From contig CAJAIA010000018.1 in assembly GCA_903939735.1 (NCBI GenBank), positions 2,402-66,401 on the forward strand: DNA of 64,000 nt, given 5' to 3'. Under the pieces are notes generated by a model. That model saw only the letters and a program-made list of their open reading frames with translations, was not told the origin of the DNA and made no database searches. The translations under genes were made by a program, and so were the position numbers. This document shows, piece by piece, positions 29,027 to 37,494 of the stretch (the first letter of the stretch is position 1; the number at the start of each line of letters is the position of its first letter). Source of the DNA: an uncultured Ignavibacteria bacterium. GTDB taxonomy: Bacteria > Bacteroidota > Ignavibacteria > Kapaibacteriales > Kapaibacteriaceae.

Positions 29027-30260
29027 GGTGTGGTGTAGGTGGTGGAAGAATCGTTGGATCGGATACCGACTGAACGTTGACCGTGCTGGATTCGGTAAAT
29101 CGCTGAACAGTGAGCGTGTCGCCTGGTTGCACGTGATCGCTCGGTGCAAGTACGATACCGTTGCGTTCGATGACGGCAAAGCCACGTCGGAGCGGTGCAA
29201 GCGGGTGCAGCGAGGTCAGATACAGTGCGGTGTGGTCGATGTGCTGTTTGAGAAACGTGGTGTGGTGGCGAACTGCACGTGACGAACGTGACACAAGTTC
29301 GTCGACGCGTTGCTGTCGCAGATGGATGCGCTCCGTGACGCGTCGTGCTGCACGTCCGTCGACAAAACTCTCTGCAAGTTGAAGCATGTCTTCCATCCGA
29401 TCGCACATCGTTCGTGTCATGTCCTGTTGACGCGCATCGAGTGCTTCAAGCAGATCGTCGACGGTAATTGGCGTTACCATCACAGCTGCCGCTGTCGGCG
29501 TCTCGGCACGGGCATCGGCAACAAAGTCTGCAATCGTTACATCCGTCTCGTGTCCAACCGCCGAGATCACTGGTGTCCGAGCGTTTGCAATCGCCATCGC
29601 CACGGCTTCGGTATTGAAACTCCAGAGATCCTCGAGCGAACCACCGCCTCGACCGATAATGAGAACGTCGAGCTTGGCAGCATCGAGTTCCGCGATCGCG
29701 CGGGCGATATCCTCGGCAGCCCCCTCACCTTGGACGAGAGTTGGACGGAAGACGACGTCGAGCAGGGGGAATCGACGGTGAATCGTCGAGAGCATGTCTT
29801 GCAGAGCCGCACCCGTTTGTGATGTGGCAATGCCCACCGAGCGGGGACGATGGGGGATGGGCTTCTTACGGTCGGCATCGAACAGACCCCGAACGCGGAG
29901 TGCTTCGCGGAGCTGTTCAAAGGCACGGTGGAGATCCCCAACACCCTCTGGACGCATTGCGCTGCAGTCGATCTGGTACTTGCCCTGCGGAGGGTACACC
30001 GACAACCGTCCGCGCACCACGACACGCATCCCGTCTTCCGGACGGAACGTAAGCGACCGCGTGCGCCACATCACCGCCCCGATCTGGGCATCGGCATCCT
30101 TCAAGGTGAAGTACCGATGTCCAGACGAGTGCTCCTTGAAATTGGAAATCTCCCCGGATACCAGCACGTCGCCGATACCCTCCTCGAGGAGCCCCTTAAT
30201 CGCATACGTCAATTCGCTGACGCTAACAGCTTGGTCGCGCATAGGAACAAAGATCGACAT
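28995..30260 (-). CDS. xseA: Exodeoxyribonuclease VII large subunit
   Basis: The OB-fold N-terminus (VSVSELTYAIKGLL...VSGEISNF) and the catalytic region (GRGGGSLEDLWSFNTE, SAVGHETDVTIADFVAD) align with E. coli XseA. The start is set at an internal Met to avoid overlap with the divergent ispF. Confidence 0.8.
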   Translation of the reverse strand: MSIFVPMRDQAVSVSELTYAIKGLLEEGIGDVLVSGEISNFKEHSSGHRYFTLKDADAQIGAVMWRTRSLTFRPEDGMRVVVRGRLSVYPPQGKYQIDCSAMRPEGVGDLHRAFEQLREALRVRGLFDADRKKPIPHRPRSVGIATSQTGAALQDMLSTIHRRFPLLDVVFRPTLVQGEGAAEDIARAIAELDAAKLDVLIIGRGGGSLEDLWSFNTEAVAMAIANARTPVISAVGHETDVTIADFVADARAETPTAAAVMVTPITVDDLLEALDARQQDMTRTMCDRMEDMLQLAESFVDGRAARRVTERIHLRQQRVDELVSRSSRAVRHHTTFLKQHIDHTALYLTSLHPLAPLRRGFAVIERNGIVLAPSDHVQPGDTLTVQRFTESSTVNVQSVSDPTILPPPTPHHGNESEIPNA

Positions 30261-30285
30261 TCCCAGCATCCCGTACATTTGCTGT

Positions 30286-30756
30286 ATGGTAGGATTTGGA
30301 TTCGACGTGCATCGCCTTGCTGAAGGTGAATCGCTCGTCCTCGCAGGTGTGACGATTCCGTCACCCATCGGCACCGTCGCACACAGCGACGGCGACGTAC
30401 TTCTTCACGCGCTTGTCGATGCGCTGCTTGGTGCGTTGGCACTTGGTGATATCGGTGAGCATTTTCCGGATACCGACCCGCGATGGAAGGGCGCTGCGAG
30501 TTCGCTCTTTGTTGAGCACGCGGTCGAGATGATCCGCGCTGCGAAGTGTCGGATTATCAATGTCGATTGTACGCTAGTGCTCGAATCGCCGAAGATTTTG
30601 CCGTACAAGGTGCAGATGCGCGAGAACATTGCAAAACTCTGTGGCCTCCCGTTGGAGCGTGTCGCTATGAAGGCGACAACCAGCGAACGCATCGGATATG
30701 TTGGTCGCAAAGAAGGCGTGCATGCATGGGTGATCTGTGAGGTGCAACCCGAGTGA
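30286..30756 (+). CDS. ispF: 2-C-methyl-D-erythritol 2,4-cyclodiphosphate synthase
   Basis: MVGFGFDVHRL ... GHSDGDVLLHAL ... is the IspF signature. The 5' part of ORF 29794.. is antisense to xseA and is discarded. Confidence 0.85.
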   Translation: MVGFGFDVHRLAEGESLVLAGVTIPSPIGTVAHSDGDVLLHALVDALLGALALGDIGEHFPDTDPRWKGAASSLFVEHAVEMIRAAKCRIINVDCTLVLESPKILPYKVQMRENIAKLCGLPLERVAMKATTSERIGYVGRKEGVHAWVICEVQPE

Positions 30757-33035
30757 GGAGTGTAGCGCTCATCCTCGCTATGGTCTGGGCATCAGTGTCG
30801 GTGATGGCCGACGCAGGTGAACCGTATGCGTTGCTTCGAACGCAGCAATGGCAGGGGAGAGTCGTGCGCACGCCGAATCGTACTGCTGCCTTTGCGGTTA
30901 TCGCACCACGTCCAACGTGGTCAAGCACGAGTCCGGGCGTTGTACTACTTCGTGCCGATGGCACAGTTCTGCAGCGAGCGTTCCCGGGCGCTGATGTGCG
31001 GGCGATGATTGCGTGGGAGCAAGGGTATCTGATTGCAACGGTGGACTCTGGTGCGGTTCGTCTGCGCACTGTGCGCGACGATCTCACACCTCGGCAACAG
31101 TCGGACGTGATGATTCGCTCAGAGCAGATGCTTGATGCTGGGACGCCGATTCGGCTCGATAAACATCCTGAAAGTTCTGTTGCATTGCTTTCGGTGGGAA
31201 GCACCGTGTATGCTGTTCGTCAGCGTACCGCCGACCTGCTTGTTACGCCACTCGAGCAGCGCGTCACGGCAGGGTTGGCTATGGCACCTACTGGACGTGG
31301 ACGTATAGCACTGTCCTACAGCATTGGGTCGTCGGCATTTCTATCAATCATTGATGAGCAGCTGCAAGCCATTGCAACGACGTCGGTGCCGCTCAGTGAC
31401 GATGCACGCATTCTGCATGTGGGCAACTACGTGATGATGCTCTCCACAGTTCGAGGAACGCAGGGAACTGTCGTCACAGCGCTTGATCTTACCACGTTCG
31501 CAACATTCACGCGAACGATTCCGATTGAACAACATGTAATCGCCCCGTGGATTGACAGTGACGGTGGGTTGGCTGTTGCTATGCTCACGACACGCAGTGG
31601 ACGACCAGAGCTTGTCGTTACATCCGGCAATGATATTCCAGAGGTTCTTCCCGAGGGTACGTTTATTCCCGGCGAATATGGCATGCCACGTTGCGTGCAT
31701 GTGAGTGGCGACACGATTGTGGTGACGTTCGCTGGTGGGATTGTTACGACAGATGCCGACGGTACAATTCTATCGCGCGATGCGTGCGTATTGGGGCTTC
31801 CGTTGGACCACGAAGAATTGTTCTGCACGCGTGATGGCATCATTCTCTCGACTCGATCAGCGTCGATCGTTATGACGCGCCACGAGCAGCCGCTGTGGTT
31901 TATCGTGCGGGGTGTCGATACGATCACGCGTCTGGTAATTCCACTGCTTCTGGTTTCGCTTGCCGTTGTATTCTGGGCGTTGTACCGCCGCCAGCGTCGA
32001 TTCCTTGACGCGGTCATTGATATCCCTGGTGCAGGTGTCGTCATCGTTCTTGATGCAAATGGTCGGCTTGTGCGAACCAATGAACGCGCAGCTGCGCTGA
32101 TGAAGATCACACGTAGCGTGCCGATGCGGCGGTTGTTCCGATCATATATGCAGCAGAAGGGTCTCGAGTCACTGGCCAGCTTTATCGAGCATGCGCTCTC
32201 TGTGCGGACATCAAGGACCGACCGTGTGATGATCGAAGATGCCGATGAACAGCGCGAGTTTGTTATCACCTCGATTCCACTTGTTGGCCTCCTCGGTCAA
32301 GCTGCGGGTTTCATTATTTCTGGTGTCGACATCACCGAAGCTCTCGAACGACAGCGTCTTGTGAACTGGGCGCAACTGGCCCATGACATGCAGACCAATC
32401 TTTCAACGATTCGCCTTAACGCCGAACAGCTCGACGAGGGACTCGACCAGCGGAACACTGAGCGCCGACGTCGGATTTTGTTCCAGGTGGGTGTGCTGAT
32501 CCAGCGTGTGCGCGACCTTGTGAGTGTTGGCCGCAGTGATGAGCTTGTTCGGCTTCCCGTGCATAGTGCAGAGCTCTGCACGGAGATTCGTCATGAATTC
32601 GATCCCGTGATGTTCCCCCACGTGACCTTCTCCATGAAGCTGCGTGGTACGATGATGAATGTTGACAAGCTCAAGATCTCTCGCGCAGTTCGTAATGCCG
32701 TCGAGAATGCGATCAAGGCGCTGCGCGGACAAGAGGGGACAGTTGAAATCGCAACGTGGTATGACCCTGTGTTTGTCTTTATCCGCATCAGCGACTCGGG
32801 AGTGGGCATGGATACCGAGACGCTTGCCAACATGATGCGTCCGTACTTCACAACGGCAAAGGACGGTACCGGCACCGGCATTGGAACTATGATCATGCAG
32901 CATGTGATGGACCTTCATAACGGCACACTTCGTGTATCGAGTCAGCCCGGTGTCGGAACACAAGTGATCTTCCGTATTCCGCATGGTATGGACATACGTC
33001 ACCGCTATCGTGCAACTGAGGAACAGGACGCATGA
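30753..33035 (+). CDS. Sensor histidine kinase with a large periplasmic N-terminal domain
   Basis: A signal peptide, about 370 aa of periplasmic beta-rich domain, a TM helix (LVIPLLLVSLAVVFWALY), a HisKA H-box (AHDMQTNLSTI) and HATPase_c (DSGVGMD, GTGIGT). No cognate response regulator lies adjacent. Confidence 0.75.
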   Translation: MRSVALILAMVWASVSVMADAGEPYALLRTQQWQGRVVRTPNRTAAFAVIAPRPTWSSTSPGVVLLRADGTVLQRAFPGADVRAMIAWEQGYLIATVDSGAVRLRTVRDDLTPRQQSDVMIRSEQMLDAGTPIRLDKHPESSVALLSVGSTVYAVRQRTADLLVTPLEQRVTAGLAMAPTGRGRIALSYSIGSSAFLSIIDEQLQAIATTSVPLSDDARILHVGNYVMMLSTVRGTQGTVVTALDLTTFATFTRTIPIEQHVIAPWIDSDGGLAVAMLTTRSGRPELVVTSGNDIPEVLPEGTFIPGEYGMPRCVHVSGDTIVVTFAGGIVTTDADGTILSRDACVLGLPLDHEELFCTRDGIILSTRSASIVMTRHEQPLWFIVRGVDTITRLVIPLLLVSLAVVFWALYRRQRRFLDAVIDIPGAGVVIVLDANGRLVRTNERAAALMKITRSVPMRRLFRSYMQQKGLESLASFIEHALSVRTSRTDRVMIEDADEQREFVITSIPLVGLLGQAAGFIISGVDITEALERQRLVNWAQLAHDMQTNLSTIRLNAEQLDEGLDQRNTERRRRILFQVGVLIQRVRDLVSVGRSDELVRLPVHSAELCTEIRHEFDPVMFPHVTFSMKLRGTMMNVDKLKISRAVRNAVENAIKALRGQEGTVEIATWYDPVFVFIRISDSGVGMDTETLANMMRPYFTTAKDGTGTGIGTMIMQHVMDLHNGTLRVSSQPGVGTQVIFRIPHGMDIRHRYRATEEQDA

Positions 33036-33499
33036 CACATAACGAGCTCGCATCATTGCGTGGTAAACGTCTCTGTGCACTCGATGTGGGCATGAAGCGT
33101 ATCGGTGTCGCCGTCTGCGATGAAATGCACATCGTCGTGTCCACCCGTCCTGTGATAGACAACACGCCGATGGCCATGGACGTGCTACGCGATCGACTCG
33201 CATCCGATCGTATCGATGTGTTGATTATCGGTGTGCCTCGTCATCATGACGAACGTATCACGCCGATTATCGAGGCAATCCAACAATTCATTGAGCGTGT
33301 TCGTCAATCTGTTTCATTGCCTGTGTTTGAGGCGGATGAGGCATTCTCAACAAAGGAAGCACGTTCAATTATGGTGGCTTCGGGTGTGAAAAAGAAGAAG
33401 CGACAAACGAAGGGTGTGAAGGATCAAATGGCTGCCGCAGTGATTCTTCGCGATGTTCTGGAAGAGGTTCGCTCACTACCAACGCCAGGGGGCTTGTGA
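33032..33499 (+). CDS. ruvX: Holliday junction resolvase-like RNase YqgF/RuvX
   Basis: LCALDVGMKRIGVAVCD ... GVPRHHDE, about 155 aa. Confidence 0.8.
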   Translation: MTHNELASLRGKRLCALDVGMKRIGVAVCDEMHIVVSTRPVIDNTPMAMDVLRDRLASDRIDVLIIGVPRHHDERITPIIEAIQQFIERVRQSVSLPVFEADEAFSTKEARSIMVASGVKKKKRQTKGVKDQMAAAVILRDVLEEVRSLPTPGGL

Positions 33500-34857
33500 T
33501 GCGAAGTGTCATTATCGCACTATGTTTCATCTGCGCAACGCTGTCCGCATTCGCACAAGGGACGCAGACGATTCGGAATCGATCGATGTTGATGGAGTAT
33601 GGCGATCGGTTCTATGCAGATGCGTATGTGGTGCCGAACGATACGGGCGACTCCGCAACGGTTGTGGTCTTCTTCCGTATTGCCAACGACATGATGTCGT
33701 TCGTACGTGTGCGTGATGTAAGCGAGGTTCGCGGCAACTATAGTGCCGAGATGGCAGTGAATGTTGAATTGCGGGATACCCTGGGTGTGATCCGGCAGCG
33801 CACGAAATGGTCGGACACGGCATTCACCAACACGTTTGAAGAAACCAACAGTAAGAATGCCTACCATGTTGGATGGACGTCGTTTCAGATTAGCCAAGGG
33901 ACATATGTACTTGGTCTCGAAGTTCTGTCGCAGAAGGAGAGCAATCAGAAGCGTATTAAGCTTCCACCAGTGTCCTTCATGCCACGCAAGGCCACACGTC
34001 TGTTAGCCCCTGCTGCATTCGGTGCTCCGGAGAGCATCAATGGAGTTGACGTCCTGCGACTCTTTGTGTTCAATAGTAATCTGCCGTTCGGACCAGACAA
34101 AGCGCAGGCGCTATTGCTTGTGGCAGATAGTACCGAGACGCGGTATATCTATCGGATTCATCAACTGCCGTGGGACAACAAAGAGATCCGTTGGTGGAGC
34201 GTGTCTGATATCGAGGGACGCGTCCAGTCTCAGCGCGATCGTTTTCCGCGCATCTCTGCTGCGTCATCGAACGAAGCGGCATTCCTCGAGATGTCGGACC
34301 GTGCTGCTCCACGGCGTCCAATCGCTAGTGTAGAGATCCCGATCCCCATGGCAACGTTGGTTCCGGGGCGCTATCAGATAGATCTCGTCAAGGCGGGAAC
34401 GCGCGATACCATCGCAGTGAAGTTCCAAATCGTCTGGGAGATGATGCCGTTCTCGCTGAGAACACTGGACTATGCGATCGAGTCGATGCAGTATATCTGC
34501 AGCGAAGAAACGCTCGATTCACTCACTGATGGCGATGCCGCACAGAATCGTCAGGCACTCATGGAATGGTGGCGCCGCCAGGATCAGACCGCAACGACGG
34601 TCTATAACGAGCGTATGGCCGAATACTATCGTCGAGTTGACAATGCATTCTTCGCCTTCAGTACCATCAACGAGCCGGATGGTTCACGCACCGAGCGTGG
34701 TAAGGTCTATGTTCTCTATGGACAACCAAGTTCGATCACGAAGGACCTCAAAGCGTCAAGCCCCCGCGAGATCTGGAAATACACCAACGTCCCAAAGCAG
34801 ACATTTACCTTCGAGGTGAATGATCGTGGCGTCTACAGGTTGGTCGATGTGAAGTGA
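33496..34857 (+). CDS. GWxTD-domain secreted protein (variant motif)
   Basis: A signal peptide. The C-terminal region PDGSRTERGKVYVLYGQPSSI ... REIWKY ... FTFEVNDRGVYRLV matches the GWxTD-domain pattern with W replaced by S. Confidence 0.55.
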   Translation: MMRSVIIALCFICATLSAFAQGTQTIRNRSMLMEYGDRFYADAYVVPNDTGDSATVVVFFRIANDMMSFVRVRDVSEVRGNYSAEMAVNVELRDTLGVIRQRTKWSDTAFTNTFEETNSKNAYHVGWTSFQISQGTYVLGLEVLSQKESNQKRIKLPPVSFMPRKATRLLAPAAFGAPESINGVDVLRLFVFNSNLPFGPDKAQALLLVADSTETRYIYRIHQLPWDNKEIRWWSVSDIEGRVQSQRDRFPRISAASSNEAAFLEMSDRAAPRRPIASVEIPIPMATLVPGRYQIDLVKAGTRDTIAVKFQIVWEMMPFSLRTLDYAIESMQYICSEETLDSLTDGDAAQNRQALMEWWRRQDQTATTVYNERMAEYYRRVDNAFFAFSTINEPDGSRTERGKVYVLYGQPSSITKDLKASSPREIWKYTNVPKQTFTFEVNDRGVYRLVDVK

Positions 34858-34885
34858 CGATTGTTCGTCCGCGCGTCTGCACACG

Positions 34886-35287
34886 TCATGCTGGTTCCCA
34901 GCCTTCGCCTTCACAAGGCGGCGTGGTGGACGTTACATGCTCGTCCATAATCATGCACAGCTGATTGGTGCGGTTGAAGTGGCGACACGTTCCGCATAGC
35001 GTGCCGTCCGTGATTGTTTCGACTCGCTCATGATACTTGTCGTACTGCAACCAAGCTGGATACACTCCCAAACCCCAGAGTCCGATCATCGCTATCCACC
35101 ACGTCGTGCTGCTCGACACGTAGGACTTGAGCGCCATGGTCACAACGGCAATAAGAGCAATCCGCATCAGCGCAGCCGCAACGATCGATCCTGTAGTGTA
35201 GAATGGCTGATCGATGGCATACTCTGGCTCGCGCGTGCGAAGCAGAAACAGATCAAGAAGCTTCTCGCCGTTTGATGGTTCACGCAT
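34886..35287 (-). CDS. Small membrane protein with a C-terminal Cys cluster, co-transcribed with the GT2 gene
   Basis: About 133 aa from MREPSNGE. It has two hydrophobic helices and the motifs CGTCRHF...C...C. Its start overlaps the GT2 stop (ATGcgTGA). Confidence 0.5.
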   Translation of the reverse strand: MREPSNGEKLLDLFLLRTREPEYAIDQPFYTTGSIVAAALMRIALIAVVTMALKSYVSSSTTWWIAMIGLWGLGVYPAWLQYDKYHERVETITDGTLCGTCRHFNRTNQLCMIMDEHVTSTTPPCEGEGWEPA

Positions 35288-36461
35288 GATGTGTTCCTTG
35301 TTGTGAGTATGCTCGCCCCTTCCATGTCGCTCCACGACGTGAAAACGCCCAGCGTATTGAGTTTACACCAATCACAAAGGACCATGCGCCGGTGATAGGC
35401 GCAAGCAAGATGTGCCACCACGGCATCGCGAAGCGATAGGAGATCGCACCGCGAATGATCGCAAGCGCACCAAGCTGAGCGCCGGCTAGAGCGATGATAT
35501 CAGTTCGCTGTTGCACCATGCCGATTGCGAGAAACGCAACGGGTGCGACGTACGTGCTCAGGAGGTGTCCGAGGAAGATCACCGTAATCGGTATGCTGTA
35601 GGATGTGGCAGGAAAGAAATTCTTCGAGAACCCTTCGGTGACTTCACGAGCATTCGTGTACATGCGGCAGGAGACAGCATCCGACCCATCGACGAGCGAG
35701 ATGCGGAGTCCAGCACGCTTGACTTCTTTGGCGAGAAAAACATCTTCGACCAACGATGCCTTCACGCTCTCGTGTCCGTTAACAGCACGGTAGGCTTCCC
35801 GTGTGAAGCACATGAACTGTCCGTTGGCGGCCGTAAACGACACACTCGGATTGTGCATCACCAGATCGTTGGGGAGATAGGCGAAGTACAGCGTATGTAC
35901 CATGGGGATCACAACGTGCTCGCCGAAGCTGCCGAGTTCCTCGTAGGGAACCATCGTAAGAAGCGAAACCTTGTTGGCCTCCATATACACGCGCGTCCGT
36001 CGGACGGTTGTTGGTGCGTGCACGGTATCGGCGTCGGTAAACAGAAGAATGTCTCCCGTGGCGGCCTTCGAGAGCTGATCGCACGCCCAGGACTTGCCAA
36101 TCCATCCTTGTGGCAGCGGCTGTCCGGAGATCACGTTAAGGGCGGGAAACTCACGCTGGAGGCGCGCGAGGATCTCCGGTGTCGCATCGGTGGATCCATC
36201 GTCGAGGACGATGACTTCCGTGTTGGGATCATCTTGCAGGCACAGGGACCGCACGCAGGCCTCGATGCAGCGCTCTTCGTTGCGTGCCGGAACAAGAATC
36301 GAACACCGCTGCTGCTGGGGCGTTACGGCACCGACCTTGGGGAGACGCGGGAAACGCGCCAGGTTAAGCATGCTCACGGCCAGCAAGACAGCGGCAATGC
36401 TGGTGAGCGCAATTGACAGTACGAAGAGAAGATCAAGTTGCATCACGCAATCTACGGGCAT
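35280..36461 (-). CDS. Family 2 glycosyltransferase with N- and C-terminal TM segments (CruC/CrtQ-like architecture)
   Basis: CSILVPARNEE ... VIVLDDGSTDAT ... TDADT are the GT-A motifs (DxD), flanked by hydrophobic segments. An alternative start is at 36443. Confidence 0.7.
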   Translation of the reverse strand: MPVDCVMQLDLLFVLSIALTSIAAVLLAVSMLNLARFPRLPKVGAVTPQQQRCSILVPARNEERCIEACVRSLCLQDDPNTEVIVLDDGSTDATPEILARLQREFPALNVISGQPLPQGWIGKSWACDQLSKAATGDILLFTDADTVHAPTTVRRTRVYMEANKVSLLTMVPYEELGSFGEHVVIPMVHTLYFAYLPNDLVMHNPSVSFTAANGQFMCFTREAYRAVNGHESVKASLVEDVFLAKEVKRAGLRISLVDGSDAVSCRMYTNAREVTEGFSKNFFPATSYSIPITVIFLGHLLSTYVAPVAFLAIGMVQQRTDIIALAGAQLGALAIIRGAISYRFAMPWWHILLAPITGAWSFVIGVNSIRWAFSRRGATWKGRAYSQQGTHHA

Positions 36462-36480
36462 TCACACGTACTTTTGTCGC

Positions 36481-37494
36481 ATGCAACTTCTCACCGGTCC
36501 CGTCCATGATCGATGTCATGCACTCAACGGCGCAGGCGCGTACGAATGGTGGTATACCGACGCCCTTACCGACGATGGTGAGTGGGGAGTCGTTGCAATT
36601 CTCTTCCGTGGCATGCCCATGTCGCCAGCATACCTTTCGGATCCAACCGCAATGGCTGGCGGGTTCGCGGTAAGCGTGTATCATCGTGGCACACGCATCG
36701 CATTCGCGTTCGGTGATGTGCCACTCGAGGCATGCAGGTTTGCCAGCGAGGGGGCAGATGTACGCGTCGGTGATGCTTCGTTGCGCCTTGATACAGATGG
36801 CGTGTTGCACGTTGCCATCGCGCGAGTCGGCCGTGGAATCGAGCGCTCGGTTGACGTGGCACTGCGACTAGAATCGTCAGGCACGATGTCGACGCCAGAT
36901 TCCCACACGGAGGATCACGCCTGGGTGCTAGCACGGCCTCGTGCTGCTGCGACGCTCAGAATTGCGCTCGGAGAGGGTGCCATGCCGCCGGCATGTGTAT
37001 TCGAGGGATCGGCCCTAGCCTACCATGACCATAACATGGGTGTTAGGGCGATGAGTAGTGACTTCGGAGATTGGTATTGGGGTCGTGTGCATGGTCCGTC
37101 CTCATCCATTGTGTACCTCACAACACCAGCATCCAAGCATGTGACAACGCATGTGGTAGATGTTGATGGTGAAGGACGTGTTGCACCGTGGCAAACGTCG
37201 AGCATCACGTTCGATCGACGACGGGTGAACTTTATGGGACTCCGTATGCATCGCAGCGTGGTACTTACGGGTGTTGACGCTCGTGGTGTTGCACGCAGAG
37301 TTGTATGTGATAACGACGTCGTCTGTGAGGATGGTCCGTTCTATCAGCGGTATATCTCCCGATGGACAGATGGTGATGTTCTTGTTGGCTATGGGATGTC
37401 TGAGTACATGGATGTTCAGCGCCTGCGCGCACCATGGATCCGTCCGTTTTTGCGATTGCCTTGGAAGCAGATGATGCACGGGAGCATGACATGA
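36481..37494 (+). CDS. CrtC/AttH-like lipocalin-fold protein (possible carotenoid 1,2-hydratase family)
   Basis: A 337-aa protein starting at the first Met clear of the GT2 overlap. The N-terminal H-x7-YEWWYTDA resembles the EWWY motif of the hydroxyneurosporene synthase/AttH family. The rest is beta-rich. Confidence 0.4.
   Translation: MQLLTGPVHDRCHALNGAGAYEWWYTDALTDDGEWGVVAILFRGMPMSPAYLSDPTAMAGGFAVSVYHRGTRIAFAFGDVPLEACRFASEGADVRVGDASLRLDTDGVLHVAIARVGRGIERSVDVALRLESSGTMSTPDSHTEDHAWVLARPRAAATLRIALGEGAMPPACVFEGSALAYHDHNMGVRAMSSDFGDWYWGRVHGPSSSIVYLTTPASKHVTTHVVDVDGEGRVAPWQTSSITFDRRRVNFMGLRMHRSVVLTGVDARGVARRVVCDNDVVCEDGPFYQRYISRWTDGDVLVGYGMSEYMDVQRLRAPWIRPFLRLPWKQMMHGSMT

Noticed and set aside
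29794-30285. The 5' 164 codons of the ORF containing ispF
   Set aside because: They are antisense to xseA. The IspF homology begins at MVGFGFDVHRL (30286).
36094-36480. The 5' 129 codons of ORF 36094..37494
   Set aside because: They overlap the well-supported GT2 gene on the opposite strand. The first Met clear of the overlap (36481) gives a protein starting at the conserved EWWY region.
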